A stretch of 60,771 nucleotides of DNA, filler included. It is 6 parts of 6 records of this genome, joined end to end, with 100 filler letters (N's around TTAATTAATTAA, not from the genome) between each part and the next. Parts side by side here need not be neighbours in the genome. Positions count along the whole stretch, not along the records: positions 48,021 to 54,228 come from SRR31156797_27774; positions 54,329 to 60,771 come from SRR31156797_27780; 4 more parts are not named here. One strand, written 5' to 3'. Within the stretch, counting starts at the first letter, position 1. Each line of letters begins with the position of its first letter. The position numbers and the translations under genes were made by a program. The notes below the pieces were generated by a model. It did no database searches. It was not told where the DNA came from and saw nothing but the letters and a program-made list of their open reading frames with translations. Positions 49,932 through 60,662 of this stretch are shown here, one piece after another.

Positions 49932-51665
49932 ATGGAAGAAAGAGGCTGGGCCTGGCTGGACCAATACAAAGACCATTACAAGGGTGAGTGGCCCACCATC
50001 CCCGAGATGTTCGAGATCTCCCGTATGCGCTTCGGTGAGAAGAACTACTTCAGCGCCTACCATCCCAAAGAGGTGCACTACAGCTTCAATGAGGTGGACC
50101 GGCTGGTCCGTAACACCGCGGCCTACCTCCTCTCCCTGGGAGTCAAGAAGGGCGACAGGGTCGCCATGACCGGAAAGAACTCCCCCGCATGGGGAGCGGC
50201 CTACCTCTCCGTCCTGAGGCTGGGAGCGGTTATCGTCCCCCTGGACTACCAGATGGAGACGGAGACCGTCGACAAGCTATTGGGCTTTGTGGAAACCGAC
50301 ATCCTGTTCGTGGACAAGGAACGCTACGACGAGCTGGGGAACGGCATCATCAAGACCAGGATCTCCCTCTCGCCCGATAGGGATAATTTCATCTTCGATC
50401 TGCCCGCCTCTGACGCGGAGCTTCCTCCCGGACCTTCCTGCGACGATATGGCGGCCATACTCTTCACCTCGGGCACCACAGGCAACGAGAAAGGGGTCAT
50501 GCTCAGCCACACCAACTTCATCACAGACGCCCTGCAGGCCAACAAGCCCTTCCTGGATGTGGTCCCCGACGACATCCTCTACGCCCTGCTGCCCCTGCAC
50601 CACAGCTACTGCATGACCGCGGTCTTCCTTGAATCCCTGACCATCGGCTGCGAGCTTGTCTTCGCGGCGGGACTGTCGGTCTCCCAGATGATGAACGACC
50701 TGAAGAAGGGAGGCATTACGGTCATCATGGGGATCCCCCTTCTCTACAACAAGATCCTCAAGGGGATGATGAAGCAGGTCAGATCCAAGGGGCTGGCGGT
50801 TCACCTGCTGATCGGATTCCTGATGCGCCTCAGCGGCTTCGTCAAGAAGACCTTCGACGTGAACATAGGCAAGAAGCTCTTCGGCAACCTGCTGCTGAAG
50901 AAGGCCAACCTCTACAATATCAATGTCCTGATCTCAGGCGGCGGCCCCCTGGCCCCCGAGACCTTCCAGCGCTACCAGGAGCTGGGGCTCAACTTCGTCC
51001 AGGGTTACGGCATGACCGAGACCGCCCCCATCTCCACCCTCAACCCCGCCCACGCCTTCAACGTGAAGTCTGTGGGCAAGGTCTTCCCCCTGGTGGATAT
51101 GAAGATCCTGGATCCCGATGAGGACGGCATCGGCGAGATCGTTCTCAAAGGGCCCATCTGCTGCATGGGCTACTACAAGAACGAGGAGGCCACGAAGGAG
51201 CTCTTTACAGAGGACGGTTACCTGAGGACCGGTGATCTGGGCTACCTGGACAGGCACAACTACCTCTACCTGACGGGCCGGGCCAAATCCCTGATCGTCA
51301 CCGAGGGGGGCAAGAACGTCTTCCCCGAGGAGATCGAGGATCACTTCCAGCTCTTTCCCCAGATCGAGCAGATCCTGATCGTTAGCTATATCGCCAATGA
51401 AGAGACCCGGGGCGAGGGCATAGAGGCCCTCATCTATCCCAGCAGCGAGCACTACGATTCCCAGAGCATCAGCAATGAAGAGAGCATCAGAAAGGATATC
51501 ACCGAGGTGGTTCATGAGGTGAACAGGGATCTTCTGGCCTACAAGAGGATCTCAAAGATCCGGATCCTTGGGGAGCCCATGGAGATGACCACCACCAAAA
51601 AGATCAAACGCCCCCGTGTGATCGCCTCCCTGAAGGAGATGGAGGACACGGGCTTTCCCGCCTGA
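49932..51665 (+). CDS. Long-chain fatty acyl-CoA ligase (AMP-binding)
   Basis: FTSGTTGNEKG, QGYGMTE, RTGDLG, GGKNVFPEEIE. Confidence 0.93.
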   Translation: MEERGWAWLDQYKDHYKGEWPTIPEMFEISRMRFGEKNYFSAYHPKEVHYSFNEVDRLVRNTAAYLLSLGVKKGDRVAMTGKNSPAWGAAYLSVLRLGAVIVPLDYQMETETVDKLLGFVETDILFVDKERYDELGNGIIKTRISLSPDRDNFIFDLPASDAELPPGPSCDDMAAILFTSGTTGNEKGVMLSHTNFITDALQANKPFLDVVPDDILYALLPLHHSYCMTAVFLESLTIGCELVFAAGLSVSQMMNDLKKGGITVIMGIPLLYNKILKGMMKQVRSKGLAVHLLIGFLMRLSGFVKKTFDVNIGKKLFGNLLLKKANLYNINVLISGGGPLAPETFQRYQELGLNFVQGYGMTETAPISTLNPAHAFNVKSVGKVFPLVDMKILDPDEDGIGEIVLKGPICCMGYYKNEEATKELFTEDGYLRTGDLGYLDRHNYLYLTGRAKSLIVTEGGKNVFPEEIEDHFQLFPQIEQILIVSYIANEETRGEGIEALIYPSSEHYDSQSISNEESIRKDITEVVHEVNRDLLAYKRISKIRILGEPMEMTTTKKIKRPRVIASLKEMEDTGFPA

Positions 51666-51667
51666 TC

Positions 51668-52396
51668 CTACTCCCCGGGATCCTGGCCCAGATGCTCGGC
51701 GATCCTCCGGCGGACCAAACGGCCCATGGCCTTGGGATTCTCCGCCTCGTCGGGCGAAACGGGATCCAGGATGGAGATGGTCATGGGATAGACCCTGTAG
51801 TAGCGGATGGTTCCGTCTGAGAACACATCCCGGGATCCGGAGATGGCAATGGGAACGACGGGGGCGCCGGTCTTTTCGGATAGCAGAAAGGCCCCGTCCC
51901 TGAACTTCCCCAGCTTACCGTCCCTGGAGCGGGTTCCCTCGGGGAAGATCATGATAGAGCTTCCCCCCTTGAGCAGAGCCTCCGCGCCTCTCATCATCCT
52001 GATCTGACTCTTGGGACTCTTCCGGTCGATTCCAAGATACCCGTTGAGCCGCATGTTCCAGCCCAGAAAGGGAACCCGCATGATCTCCGATTTGGATACC
52101 CACTTGAAATGCCTGAAGAGACGGTAGAGGATCACGATATCCATCATGGAGGAGTGATTGGGGCAGTAAACATAGGAGGCCCCCTTCTCCAGTTTCTCCC
52201 TCCCCTCGATCTTCACCTTCAGAAAGGGATTGCACCAGGTATAAAGGGAGCCCCAGAAGCAGGAATATATATGAAGGACCTTTCTGTTCCTGTCGAAGGG
52301 AAGGGTTAGCAGCCATATCAGCAGGGCGGGAAAGAACATAACGACCATGGTCAATCCGAAGAAGATCCAGAAAAGTATTGTTCCGATCAGATACAT
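51668..52396 (-). CDS. plsC: 1-acyl-sn-glycerol-3-phosphate acyltransferase
   Basis: NHSSMMD (HxxxxD), IDR, FPEGTRS. Confidence 0.88.
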   Translation of the reverse strand: MYLIGTILFWIFFGLTMVVMFFPALLIWLLTLPFDRNRKVLHIYSCFWGSLYTWCNPFLKVKIEGREKLEKGASYVYCPNHSSMMDIVILYRLFRHFKWVSKSEIMRVPFLGWNMRLNGYLGIDRKSPKSQIRMMRGAEALLKGGSSIMIFPEGTRSRDGKLGKFRDGAFLLSEKTGAPVVPIAISGSRDVFSDGTIRYYRVYPMTISILDPVSPDEAENPKAMGRLVRRRIAEHLGQDPGE

Positions 52397-52417
52397 ATTT
52401 ACACCTCAGCCTATAGT

Positions 52418-53638
52418 CTATGTGGGGCTTTCCGTCCTCTCAAGACGGCCTGATTTTCGTCCCGGCAGTGTCAGGGTAAAGAAGAAACTGAAGACGCCGA
52501 ACAGGGCGGCGGCGGAGAACAGGATCTCCACGCCCAGGCGCTTCCAGAGCAGACCGCCCAGAAGGGCGATGACCACCGAGATAAGATGATTCACAGAGAT
52601 ACCGGTGGAAAGGGTTCCCGTCAGCTCTTCCTGGGAAGCGCTCAGGCTTCTCACATAGATGGCCCGGGCGATGCCCACGGAGAAGAGCATGGCATCCAGG
52701 ATAAAGACGATGCAGATGACCCGGAAGGCCCAGACCCCCGGAAAAAGATGGTGGGCGAAGGCGTACAGAAGGCAGAGGGCCACCAGGAGCAGGGAGTCCA
52801 GCAGGAGCACCAGCTTGTAGCCCAGCCTGTCGACAAGGCGTCCCATCAGAGGGTTCATAAAGATATTGGCCAGGGAGTAGATACCGTAGAGGGTCGCGAT
52901 CAGCTTGGTATCGGCTCCGTAGTTGAGGATCAGCACATAGGGGGCGAAGGTCATAAAGACCTGCTTCCTGGCACCGAAAAAGATCTCCAGAATATAATAC
53001 TTGCTGTATTTGGGCATGAACATCAGGCGCTGCCGTTTGACATGGCCTTCCGAACGGTCGAGACGGAGGGTGAAGGCAAGTCCGGCGACGGTAAAGGCGG
53101 CCCCGAGAACGAAGATCAGACGGAAAATCATATCCTTTTCCATCCTGTGGAAGCCGAGGAAGACCAGGGTGACCAGGTAGAATCCGATCACCTGGCCGAT
53201 ATTGCCGGCGCTGCGTGCCACCCCCATGGCCTCGCCTTCCTTGCCCGGCCGGGCGGAGTGGATGCTGATGGACTGGCGGACGGGCATCATAAGATGCTCC
53301 CCCGTACTCCAGAGCACGATAAAGGTTACGGCCAGCCAGCGGGCATGTACGGCAAAGGCCAGCCCGGCCATTCCCAGAAGGGAGATGAAGAAGGCCAAGC
53401 GGATGATTCTGTTCTCAGGGATCCTGTAGAGCAGGGCCAGCATAAGGAAGAGGAGGAGCCCCGGCAGCTCTCTCAGGAACTCGACAACCCCTCTTCCGAA
53501 GCGATCGATTACCAGAATTTCCGCCAGAAAATTATTCAGGGTTCCCGTGTAAAGTCCGCAGGAAACCCCGAAGATGAACATACTGAAAAGAAAAGATTTG
53601 ATATGAGGCGATTTAAACACCTGTTTCGTCTTGATCAT
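52418..53638 (-). CDS. MFS transporter
   Basis: About 12 TM helices; GRLVDRLG motif. Confidence 0.88.
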   Translation of the reverse strand: MIKTKQVFKSPHIKSFLFSMFIFGVSCGLYTGTLNNFLAEILVIDRFGRGVVEFLRELPGLLLFLMLALLYRIPENRIIRLAFFISLLGMAGLAFAVHARWLAVTFIVLWSTGEHLMMPVRQSISIHSARPGKEGEAMGVARSAGNIGQVIGFYLVTLVFLGFHRMEKDMIFRLIFVLGAAFTVAGLAFTLRLDRSEGHVKRQRLMFMPKYSKYYILEIFFGARKQVFMTFAPYVLILNYGADTKLIATLYGIYSLANIFMNPLMGRLVDRLGYKLVLLLDSLLLVALCLLYAFAHHLFPGVWAFRVICIVFILDAMLFSVGIARAIYVRSLSASQEELTGTLSTGISVNHLISVVIALLGGLLWKRLGVEILFSAAALFGVFSFFFTLTLPGRKSGRLERTESPT

Positions 53639-53680
53639 GTATCATGGTTTACACCATTAAGCCGAAACAGGCAATATTGG

Positions 53681-54046
53681 CTACTCCAGTTCGTAGGGCC
53701 AGCGGCGGATGCCCCCGAAGTCCTGCACATTGGTGTACCCGGCAGCCTTCAGCGCCCGCGCGGCCTGGCCGGAACGGTTCCCGCTGCGGCAGTAGACGAT
53801 GATCAGGTCGTCTTTCTCCGTCCCTTCCGGGAGAGCAGCGGGAAGCTCGTAATGGGGAATCAGTCGGGCCCCGGGGATATGCCCCGCATCGTATTCTCCC
53901 CGTGTTCTCACATCCAGAAAAAGATAGTCTGCCGTTTCCTTTTCAAGGAGAACCTTCAAAGTTTCAGGCTGTGTATAATCCGCAGCAGCCGCTCCGCTCA
54001 ATGCCGTAACAAGGGTTAATATGGTTATCAGTAATAAACGTTTCAT
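53681..54046 (-). CDS. Exported rhodanese-like protein
   Basis: LDVRT..EY..GHIPGA, YCRSGNRS. Confidence 0.92.
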   Translation of the reverse strand: MKRLLLITILTLVTALSGAAAADYTQPETLKVLLEKETADYLFLDVRTRGEYDAGHIPGARLIPHYELPAALPEGTEKDDLIIVYCRSGNRSGQAARALKAAGYTNVQDFGGIRRWPYELE

Positions 54047-54169
54047 TGTTTACCTCCGTCCTACATTATCAATATATACAATTTAATATATATTAAATGC
54101 GAAAGCAAATTCTATTTCCTCCTAAGCTTGACAGAAGGATGTTCGGCAGGCTATTGTTCGACTTAACGC

Positions 54170-54228
54170 GCCGGCGTGGTGAAATTGGTATACACGGCAG
54201 ACTCAAAATCTGCTGGCAGCAATGCCGT
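54170..54228 (+). tRNA. tRNA-Leu(CAA), 3' truncated by the contig end
   Basis: gccggcgtggtgaaattggtatacac; anticodon arm gcaga-ctCAAaa-tctgc; long variable arm; TTGACA at 54128. Confidence 0.9.
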
Positions 54229-54328
54229 NNNNNNNNNNNNNNNNNNNNNNNNNNNNNNNNNNNNNNNNNNNNTTAATTAATTAANNNNNNNNNNNNNNNN
54301 NNNNNNNNNNNNNNNNNNNNNNNNNNNN
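54229..54328. other. Artificial contig spacer
   Basis: N44-TTAATTAATTAA-N44. Confidence 0.99.
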
Positions 54329-55665
54329 TCGGCAGCAAGGGTCTGGGGGAGGGTGAAGGTGAAGGTGGTGCCGGCGGTGGGGTTGGGGCGGGCCTCGATG
54401 GCGCCGCCGTGACGCTCGATGACCTCTTTGGCGAAGGCCAGGCCCAGGCCGGTCCCGTCCCGTTCGGTGGCCCGCGCGTTGGGGGCGCGGTAGAATTCCT
54501 CGAAGATGTGCGCCATCGCCTCTTCGGGAATCCCGATCCCCGTATCGCTGATCGTCACCCGGACGAACGGCCCATCGTCGCTGACCTCCAGCGCGACCTC
54601 GCCCCCTTGCGGCGTGTACTTCACTGCGTTGAACAGCAGGTTCGTCAGCGTCTCTTCGATCAGCACCGCCTCGCCCGGCAGCTCGTCGGCCGACGTCGTG
54701 ATCGTGTGGCTCACCGCGATCGCCTTGGCCCGCGCGCCGTTCTGGATCGCCGCCAGCGCGTTGAAGATGCAGTTCTTCAGTGAGAACCGTTCGACCTCCA
54801 GCTCGCCCGTCAGTTTCATCCGCGTCAGTTTGAGCAGGGCCGTGATGAACGCCATGCACTTGACCGTCCGCCGGTGCGCCCGCTCGGCCAGATCCGCCTG
54901 CTTGTCGTTCAGCGCGCCCACCGTCCCGTCGATCACGATCTCCAGACAGCTTTCGATCGCCGCGAGGTGGCCTTTGATATCGTGCGTCAAGCGCAGCACG
55001 TACTGGTTCTTGAGCTGATCCTTCTCCTCCAGCAGCGTGTTGGCCCGCTCGTAACTTTCCTGCTGGATGCGCAACTGCTCGCTGATCGAGCTGGTCATGT
55101 AGACCACCAGATACAAGGTCACGATGAAGACGAACAGGAAGCCGAACACGAAGATGGGACTGTCATACAGCCCGTGGTCGGCGAAGCCCACGATCGCATA
55201 GTGCGGCAGGACACCCAGGCCTTCCAGGACTACTACGCCCCCGAACAGCAGCACCGCCAGCGTCGCCTGCACGTAGCTCTGCCACTTCGAACGCAGGATG
55301 CTCACCAGGATCATGTGGAAGACGAAGAAGAACGAGAACGGGTTCTCGATCCCCCCGGCGAAGTGCAGGATCGTCGTGAGGATCAAAAGGTCCGCCGAGA
55401 TCTGGAACGTCAGCATCCAGCCGATCCGACGCGGTGACGGCGTCTTGCCCGCCCACGTCCAGTACCGCAACAGATCGTACAACACGAAGTTGTAGACCAG
55501 CAGGACCCCGGTGATCGTATACAACGCCGTGCGCGCCAGCGTGATAGACATGAACCGACCGGCCACAAAGGTGGCGAACCCCAGCATCGCGATCGCCACC
55601 CAGCGCAGTCGGACCAACCAATACGCCCTCTGGATGAGGTTCGTACTCTTGAGCAGGTTTTCCAT
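54329..55665 (-). CDS. Membrane sensor histidine kinase, extreme 3' end truncated
   Basis: Multi-TM N-terminus, THDIKG H-box, NAVKYT, DTGIGI, GTGLGL. Confidence 0.92.
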
Positions 55666-55671
55666 ATGGCC

Positions 55672-56067
55672 CTACGACTTCGGGATCAGGCTCGCCACCT
55701 TCTCCAAAAGCACATCCGGCTTCACCGGCTTGTCGAGAAACGCCTCGACCGGCAGCCAGGCGTCGTCCCCGGCGGTCGACTTGAAGTCAAGCCCCGTCTT
55801 GTCTTTCACCGCCGTCAACATCAGAATGGGAATGTCCTTGTACTCGGCGTTGCCCTTGAGCTGCCGCGCAAACTCGAACCCTTCTTGCGAGGTGCGCATC
55901 ATCACGTCGAGAATGATCACGTCCGGCCGCTCCGCCTGCACCTGCGCCAGACCCAGGCTGCCGTCGGCCGCACTGGCCACCTCGTACCCCTTGTTCTCCA
56001 GAACCACACTCATCGCCTCGGTGATATCAGGATCGTCGTCAATGATAAGAATCCTGCCGTGTCCCAT
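55672..56067 (-). CDS. Single-domain response regulator
   Basis: ILIIDDD, ILDVMM, MLTA, DKP. Confidence 0.93.
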   Translation of the reverse strand: MGHGRILIIDDDPDITEAMSVVLENKGYEVASAADGSLGLAQVQAERPDVIILDVMMRTSQEGFEFARQLKGNAEYKDIPILMLTAVKDKTGLDFKSTAGDDAWLPVEAFLDKPVKPDVLLEKVASLIPKS

Positions 56068-56212
56068 TGCTTGCTCCTTAGACTTGCGTCTTGCCCTTCC
56101 ACTCGGTCTCGGGTGACAATACTATCTATAGCCCCCGCCCACTAAAACGTCAACTACACGCTGAGCCTTTTCCCCAGTCCAAATCGCGGCCTGGTCAGTA
56201 CCGCCGACGATG

Positions 56213-56674
56213 CTAAGTGCCCAACTCGGAGAGGAGTTCCGAGAGATAGTGCTCCGTCCGGTCCAAGAGCACGGGACTGAGACCCTGTCGCGGCTCGACC
56301 ACCTCGGGCTCAATGCCGAAGAGGATCACATCCTCCGGGCCTTGGCCCAGTTGCTCGGCCAGCGACAGAATGCGCAGTAGATCGGCATCGTGCAGTGACT
56401 GATGGGCCAGGACTTTCGTACTGCGGACCTCGTCAGGCGTGAAGCGCCTGATCGTGCCCGGTTCCTGTCCCATGAACGCACAGTCAATGAAGATCGCCCT
56501 GGCCCGGCCCTCAATCAGATGCAAGAGGGACATGCCGCCGGTCCCGGCGTCGAGGAAATCGACATCCGGGTACGACGCAGCACACCGGGCCAGCCGTTCG
56601 ATCAAGTGCACGCCGATTCCCTCGTCCGCCATCAGCGGATTCCCGAGACCCAGCACCACCGTCGGTTTCTTCAT
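56213..56674 (-). CDS. [NiFe]-hydrogenase maturation protease
   Basis: LGLGNPLMADEGIG, DAGTGG, SLH. Confidence 0.94.
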   Translation of the reverse strand: MKKPTVVLGLGNPLMADEGIGVHLIERLARCAASYPDVDFLDAGTGGMSLLHLIEGRARAIFIDCAFMGQEPGTIRRFTPDEVRSTKVLAHQSLHDADLLRILSLAEQLGQGPEDVILFGIEPEVVEPRQGLSPVLLDRTEHYLSELLSELGT

Positions 56675-56683
56675 AGCCCCGTA

Positions 56684-57991
56684 CTACTTGACGAACTGCA
56701 CGTCCAGCATGTGCGTCGAACAGGAAATACACGGATCGTACGAGCGAACCAACATTTCCATCTTCAGTCGGATCGTGTCCTCGCCTTCGTCGATGATCTC
56801 AGGCACGAATTTCTCAAAGTCGTCCTGGATCGCCGCGTGGTTCTGATTCGTCGGAATACAGATGTCGGCGCCGACGCAGTTGCCCTTGCGATCGAACTCA
56901 TACTCATGGAAGAGGATGCCGCGCGGGGCCTCGACGCATCCGCTGGCCTTGCCGGCCTTGGGACTGACCTTCACCTTCTCGTCCTTGAGCCCCGTGGTCA
57001 GCAGTTCGTCGATCATCTGGATGCTGGTCTCGACCACATGCACCGCTTCAACCAACTGAGCGATGTTGTTCATGAAGGGATTGCAGTTGCCCTTTTCCAG
57101 GCTGAACATCTTGGCCACGCCTTGGGCCAACGGCGAGAGCAATTCAGCATTGTTGTTGAAGCGCGCCAGCGCCCCGACGGTGTACGAACTGCGATTCCAC
57201 TTGGTCCACTTGGCGGTCGACTGATCGTTGACGTATTCGTTGGCGACCGTTTGCCAGTCATTGATCGCGACCGTTCCGTCGTAGTCGGTGGACGTGATGT
57301 CACCGTGATAGAACGTGTAGGTGGGCGGATTGTCCTGCTTGAGCGAGACGTACTCGGTCTCCCGCGTGAAATCGGGAATGTTGCCCGCCGCCGAGAGCAC
57401 GGCTTCAGCCACGGCCGTCAGGTCCCCGACGCAATTCTTCAGTTTGTCCAGCAGTTCGCGGAATTGCTTCTCGGTCGGCGTCTTGGTCAGACCACCGGGG
57501 ATCAGCGTCACCGGGTGCGTGGTCCGGCCCGCGATCAGGTCCGACCACTCGTTCGCCAGGCGATGCAGGCGAATCACCGCCAGGACCACTTCCGGCGCCT
57601 TGGCCGCCAGCGGCACCACCGACGGCAACCCGAACAGGTCGGGCGAGACCAGGTAGCCGACGTGCAGCACATGGCTCTGCAACTGCTCGGAGTAGTGCAT
57701 CAGGATGCGGACCTTGTCGGCCTGCTCCGAGACCTTGATCCCCATGGCATTCTCGATCGCCTTGGTGGAGGCCAGCGAATGCGTGATCGAGCAGATCCCA
57801 CAGATCCGGCTCACGATGGTTTGGATGTCTTCGTAGCTGCGCCCGCGCACCATGGCCTCGAAGAAACGCGGCGCTTCGGGCACCTGCCACTCGACCTTTT
57901 CGATCTGACCGTCGGTCGCGTTGACAACGATGTTGCCATGCCCCTCGACCCGGGTCACGTGATGTACGTTTACGTTCACTGTCTTAGCCAT
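56684..57991 (-). CDS. hydA: Group 3b [NiFe] hydrogenase (sulfhydrogenase) alpha/large subunit
   Basis: TRVEGHG, L1 RICGIC, EAPRG, L2 DPCISCSTH followed by a short cleavable tail. Confidence 0.93.
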   Translation of the reverse strand: MAKTVNVNVHHVTRVEGHGNIVVNATDGQIEKVEWQVPEAPRFFEAMVRGRSYEDIQTIVSRICGICSITHSLASTKAIENAMGIKVSEQADKVRILMHYSEQLQSHVLHVGYLVSPDLFGLPSVVPLAAKAPEVVLAVIRLHRLANEWSDLIAGRTTHPVTLIPGGLTKTPTEKQFRELLDKLKNCVGDLTAVAEAVLSAAGNIPDFTRETEYVSLKQDNPPTYTFYHGDITSTDYDGTVAINDWQTVANEYVNDQSTAKWTKWNRSSYTVGALARFNNNAELLSPLAQGVAKMFSLEKGNCNPFMNNIAQLVEAVHVVETSIQMIDELLTTGLKDEKVKVSPKAGKASGCVEAPRGILFHEYEFDRKGNCVGADICIPTNQNHAAIQDDFEKFVPEIIDEGEDTIRLKMEMLVRSYDPCISCSTHMLDVQFVK

Positions 57992-58739
57992 ATATCGTCG
58001 GCTCCTGTCTGCTTCCAAAGAGGATCATCTTGGTCTTGAGATCGTCCAGATTCAAATTGTACTTATCTATGACGTCCTTGGCGGCTTCTACGTTGGGATT
58101 GTCGACGTAACCCCGACAGCCAAAGCATCGAAAACCGTTCGAGGGACAGCGGGCGCCGCATCCGGCGCGAATGATCGGGCCCAGACAGACCTGGCCATCG
58201 TCCCACAGGCACGGATTGCCGTTGGCTTTGCACTCGACACAGATCGGATAGTCCGGAATCTCCGGCGTCTTGCCCATCACGAGCGACCGCACGATGTAGG
58301 TGAACTCCTTGCGATCGATGGGACAACCGTGAACATTGAAGTCCACATCCACCACCTCACCGACCGACTTCGTCGGTTGCGTCGCCAGATGCGGCTTGTG
58401 CGCGTCCTTGCCGTACACGCACTTCTTGACCTCGTTCAGGTCGTCGAAGTTGTTCTTGAGCTTGTTGACCCCGCCGATGGTCGCGCAGGCACCCAGGGCG
58501 ATGAGGACCTTCGCCCGGCTGCGGATCAGCTTGAGACGCTCTTCGTCTTCCAGACGGGTAATCGATCCTTCGATGATCGCGATGTCGTACTCGTCGCTCT
58601 GCTCGCTCATCGCCTCGCGCCATTCGACCACGTCGGCGACGCCCAGCAGATCGAGCAATTCTTCCTCCATGTTCACGAACTGCAACTGGCAGCCTTCGCA
58701 ACAGGCGAAATCGAATATAGCAATCTTCGGTTTACTCAT
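57984..58739 (-). CDS. hydD: Sulfhydrogenase delta/small subunit
   Basis: CCEGCQ, GACA..GG, GCP, CVEC..CLGP..GCGARCP..CFGCRG. Confidence 0.9.
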   Translation of the reverse strand: MSKPKIAIFDFACCEGCQLQFVNMEEELLDLLGVADVVEWREAMSEQSDEYDIAIIEGSITRLEDEERLKLIRSRAKVLIALGACATIGGVNKLKNNFDDLNEVKKCVYGKDAHKPHLATQPTKSVGEVVDVDFNVHGCPIDRKEFTYIVRSLVMGKTPEIPDYPICVECKANGNPCLWDDGQVCLGPIIRAGCGARCPSNGFRCFGCRGYVDNPNVEAAKDVIDKYNLNLDDLKTKMILFGSRQEPTIYG

Positions 58740-58741
58740 TG

Positions 58742-59581
58742 TCAAATCGCCTCCGGCATCGTAGCCAAATCGGAATATCGGAAAACGGGCCCGTCCATGC
58801 AGCAGTAGACGTCGTTGATCTGACAGTGCCCGCACTTGCCCACGCCGCACTTCATCTTGCGTTCGAGGTTCAGGAAGATGTTCCCGTGCGGGACGTCATA
58901 CTCTTCGAGCGCCATCAGCACGAACTTGTACATAATGGGCGGGCCGCAGACCAACAGGACAGCCGACTTTAGATCGGTCTTGACCTTCGAGACCAGCGTG
59001 GTGACCACACCAACGTTGCCCTTCCATTTCTCGTCGGGCTCGTCCAGGGTCTCCAGCATGTCAATGTCGTCACGCTTCTCCCATTCGGCGATCTCTTCGG
59101 TGAACAACCGCTGGTCGTAACACCGCGTTCCCTGGAGGATGGCGACGTCACCATAGTCGGCTCGGTTATCGAGCACGTAATTGATGAAGGACCGCTGCGG
59201 GACCAATCCCAAGCCGCCACAGATGAAGACCAGGTTCTTGCCCTTGGCCTCTTCCACCGGATATTGCCCGTCACCCAGCGGCCCGCGAATCCCCAGCTTG
59301 TCGCCCGCCGTCAGGGTATGTACCGCGTTGGTGACATTACCGATCTTGCGGATCACCAGCTCGAAGCCGCCCGTCTGGGTCGGCGACGAGGTAATGGTAA
59401 TGGGCGCTTCCCCGATCCCCGCAACCGAAACTTCCACGAACTGGCCCGGGACATAGTCGAATTGGCCGTCGTCCATCGAGAGTTGCAGATACTTCTCGGT
59501 GACGTTCATATCGTCGGCCTTGACCACCGTCGCCAGTTGCGGCAGATAGATATCTTTCTTTTCAGAACTACACTGACACAT
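58742..59581 (-). CDS. hydG: Sulfhydrogenase gamma subunit (FAD/NAD(P), 2Fe-2S)
   Basis: PGQF, RGPLG, GGLGL.P, CGPP, CGVGKCGHC..DGPVF. Confidence 0.9.
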   Translation of the reverse strand: MCQCSSEKKDIYLPQLATVVKADDMNVTEKYLQLSMDDGQFDYVPGQFVEVSVAGIGEAPITITSSPTQTGGFELVIRKIGNVTNAVHTLTAGDKLGIRGPLGDGQYPVEEAKGKNLVFICGGLGLVPQRSFINYVLDNRADYGDVAILQGTRCYDQRLFTEEIAEWEKRDDIDMLETLDEPDEKWKGNVGVVTTLVSKVKTDLKSAVLLVCGPPIMYKFVLMALEEYDVPHGNIFLNLERKMKCGVGKCGHCQINDVYCCMDGPVFRYSDLATMPEAI

Positions 59582-59633
59582 TCGTCAAGCTCCTAAGCAC
59601 ATACACACACGCCATTATCCCCCGCGGCACTGG

Positions 59634-60662
59634 CTATCCAATCCCGAGGTCGTCGATCAAACGATTATAGGCACGGACCGGGTTGGCGATGTCCGGCAGA
59701 CACGCCCCAACGCAACGTCCGCAACCGACGCAGGCGATCTGGCCGCCAATCTTGGCCGGCACATATTTGGCCTTGCGATAGAGCCGGTGTCGGAATCGAT
59801 CCGCCCGCTGGTTCCGGAACTCGTGCTCGCCGGCGACCTTGGTGAACCCGTCGAGCAGGCACCCGTCCCAGGCCCGCTCGCGCTGGCCGGTCTTGAGGTC
59901 CCAGTTCACGTCGTCCTGGACGTTGAAGCAGTAGCACGTCGGGCAGACCTGATTGCAGGACCCGCACGAGAAGCACGTCTTGGCCATCTCTTCCCAGACG
60001 GCATGGTCATAGGCCCGATCGAGAAGCTTGGGCAGGTAGGCCGCGTCGCACTCCAGTTCGTGCTTGTTCAGGGACTTTTCATTCTTGGCCCATACGGCCT
60101 TGCGGCTTTCCAGCGCGGCCCCGTCGGCATCGCCGGCCCCGGCCAGCAGCGCCTCGCCCTTTTCGGTTCCGGCCTCGGCCACGTAGGCGCCGCCGATGTC
60201 CGTCAGCAGAATGTCGTACCCGCTCTTCACCACCGCCGTCTTCATGGACGTCGCGAAGACGTTGGCCGAGGGCGTGACCACGTCGCAGGCAATGATGGTG
60301 GCGTTGTTACGCCGCTTCATGTAATGGGTGTCGTAGTTGTCCTGCTGGAACAACTCGTCCATCTGATTGATGGCGATCATGTCGTAGGGATGAACGCCCA
60401 GCAGCACGAACGTCTCGTCTTCATACTCCGAGGTGTACGCCCCGCCGATTTCGAACGTCATCAGCGTTTCCTTCGGGGGCAGGAAGTACTTTTTGGGCGG
60501 CTGGAGCGTGACATCATAGTCCAACCGCAGGTCCTGCGCCGATTCGAGGGGCGCGAAATCGTAACGGTCACCCTTGGCCTGAACACCAATGACGTTATCC
60601 TTTGCGATCAACGCCTCGACCAACTTGCCTAACTCTTCCTTCGTCAGCTTCTTTACACTCAT
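59634..60662 (-). CDS. hydB: Sulfhydrogenase beta subunit (4Fe-4S, AsrA-like)
   Basis: CFSCGSCNQVCPTCYCF, WDGC, CVGCGRCVGAC. Confidence 0.9.
   Translation of the reverse strand: MSVKKLTKEELGKLVEALIAKDNVIGVQAKGDRYDFAPLESAQDLRLDYDVTLQPPKKYFLPPKETLMTFEIGGAYTSEYEDETFVLLGVHPYDMIAINQMDELFQQDNYDTHYMKRRNNATIIACDVVTPSANVFATSMKTAVVKSGYDILLTDIGGAYVAEAGTEKGEALLAGAGDADGAALESRKAVWAKNEKSLNKHELECDAAYLPKLLDRAYDHAVWEEMAKTCFSCGSCNQVCPTCYCFNVQDDVNWDLKTGQRERAWDGCLLDGFTKVAGEHEFRNQRADRFRHRLYRKAKYVPAKIGGQIACVGCGRCVGACLPDIANPVRAYNRLIDDLGIG

Noticed and set aside
52586-54019. 477-aa plus-strand ORF
   Set aside because: Antisense shadow of the MFS and rhodanese genes.
54170-54228. tRNA-Leu at a contig end as an integration site
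   Set aside because: Its 3' half is missing and no integrase or duplicated tRNA end is visible, so it cannot be supported.
56402-58039. 545-aa plus-strand ORF
   Set aside because: Antisense shadow of the hydrogenase large subunit, produced by codon bias.
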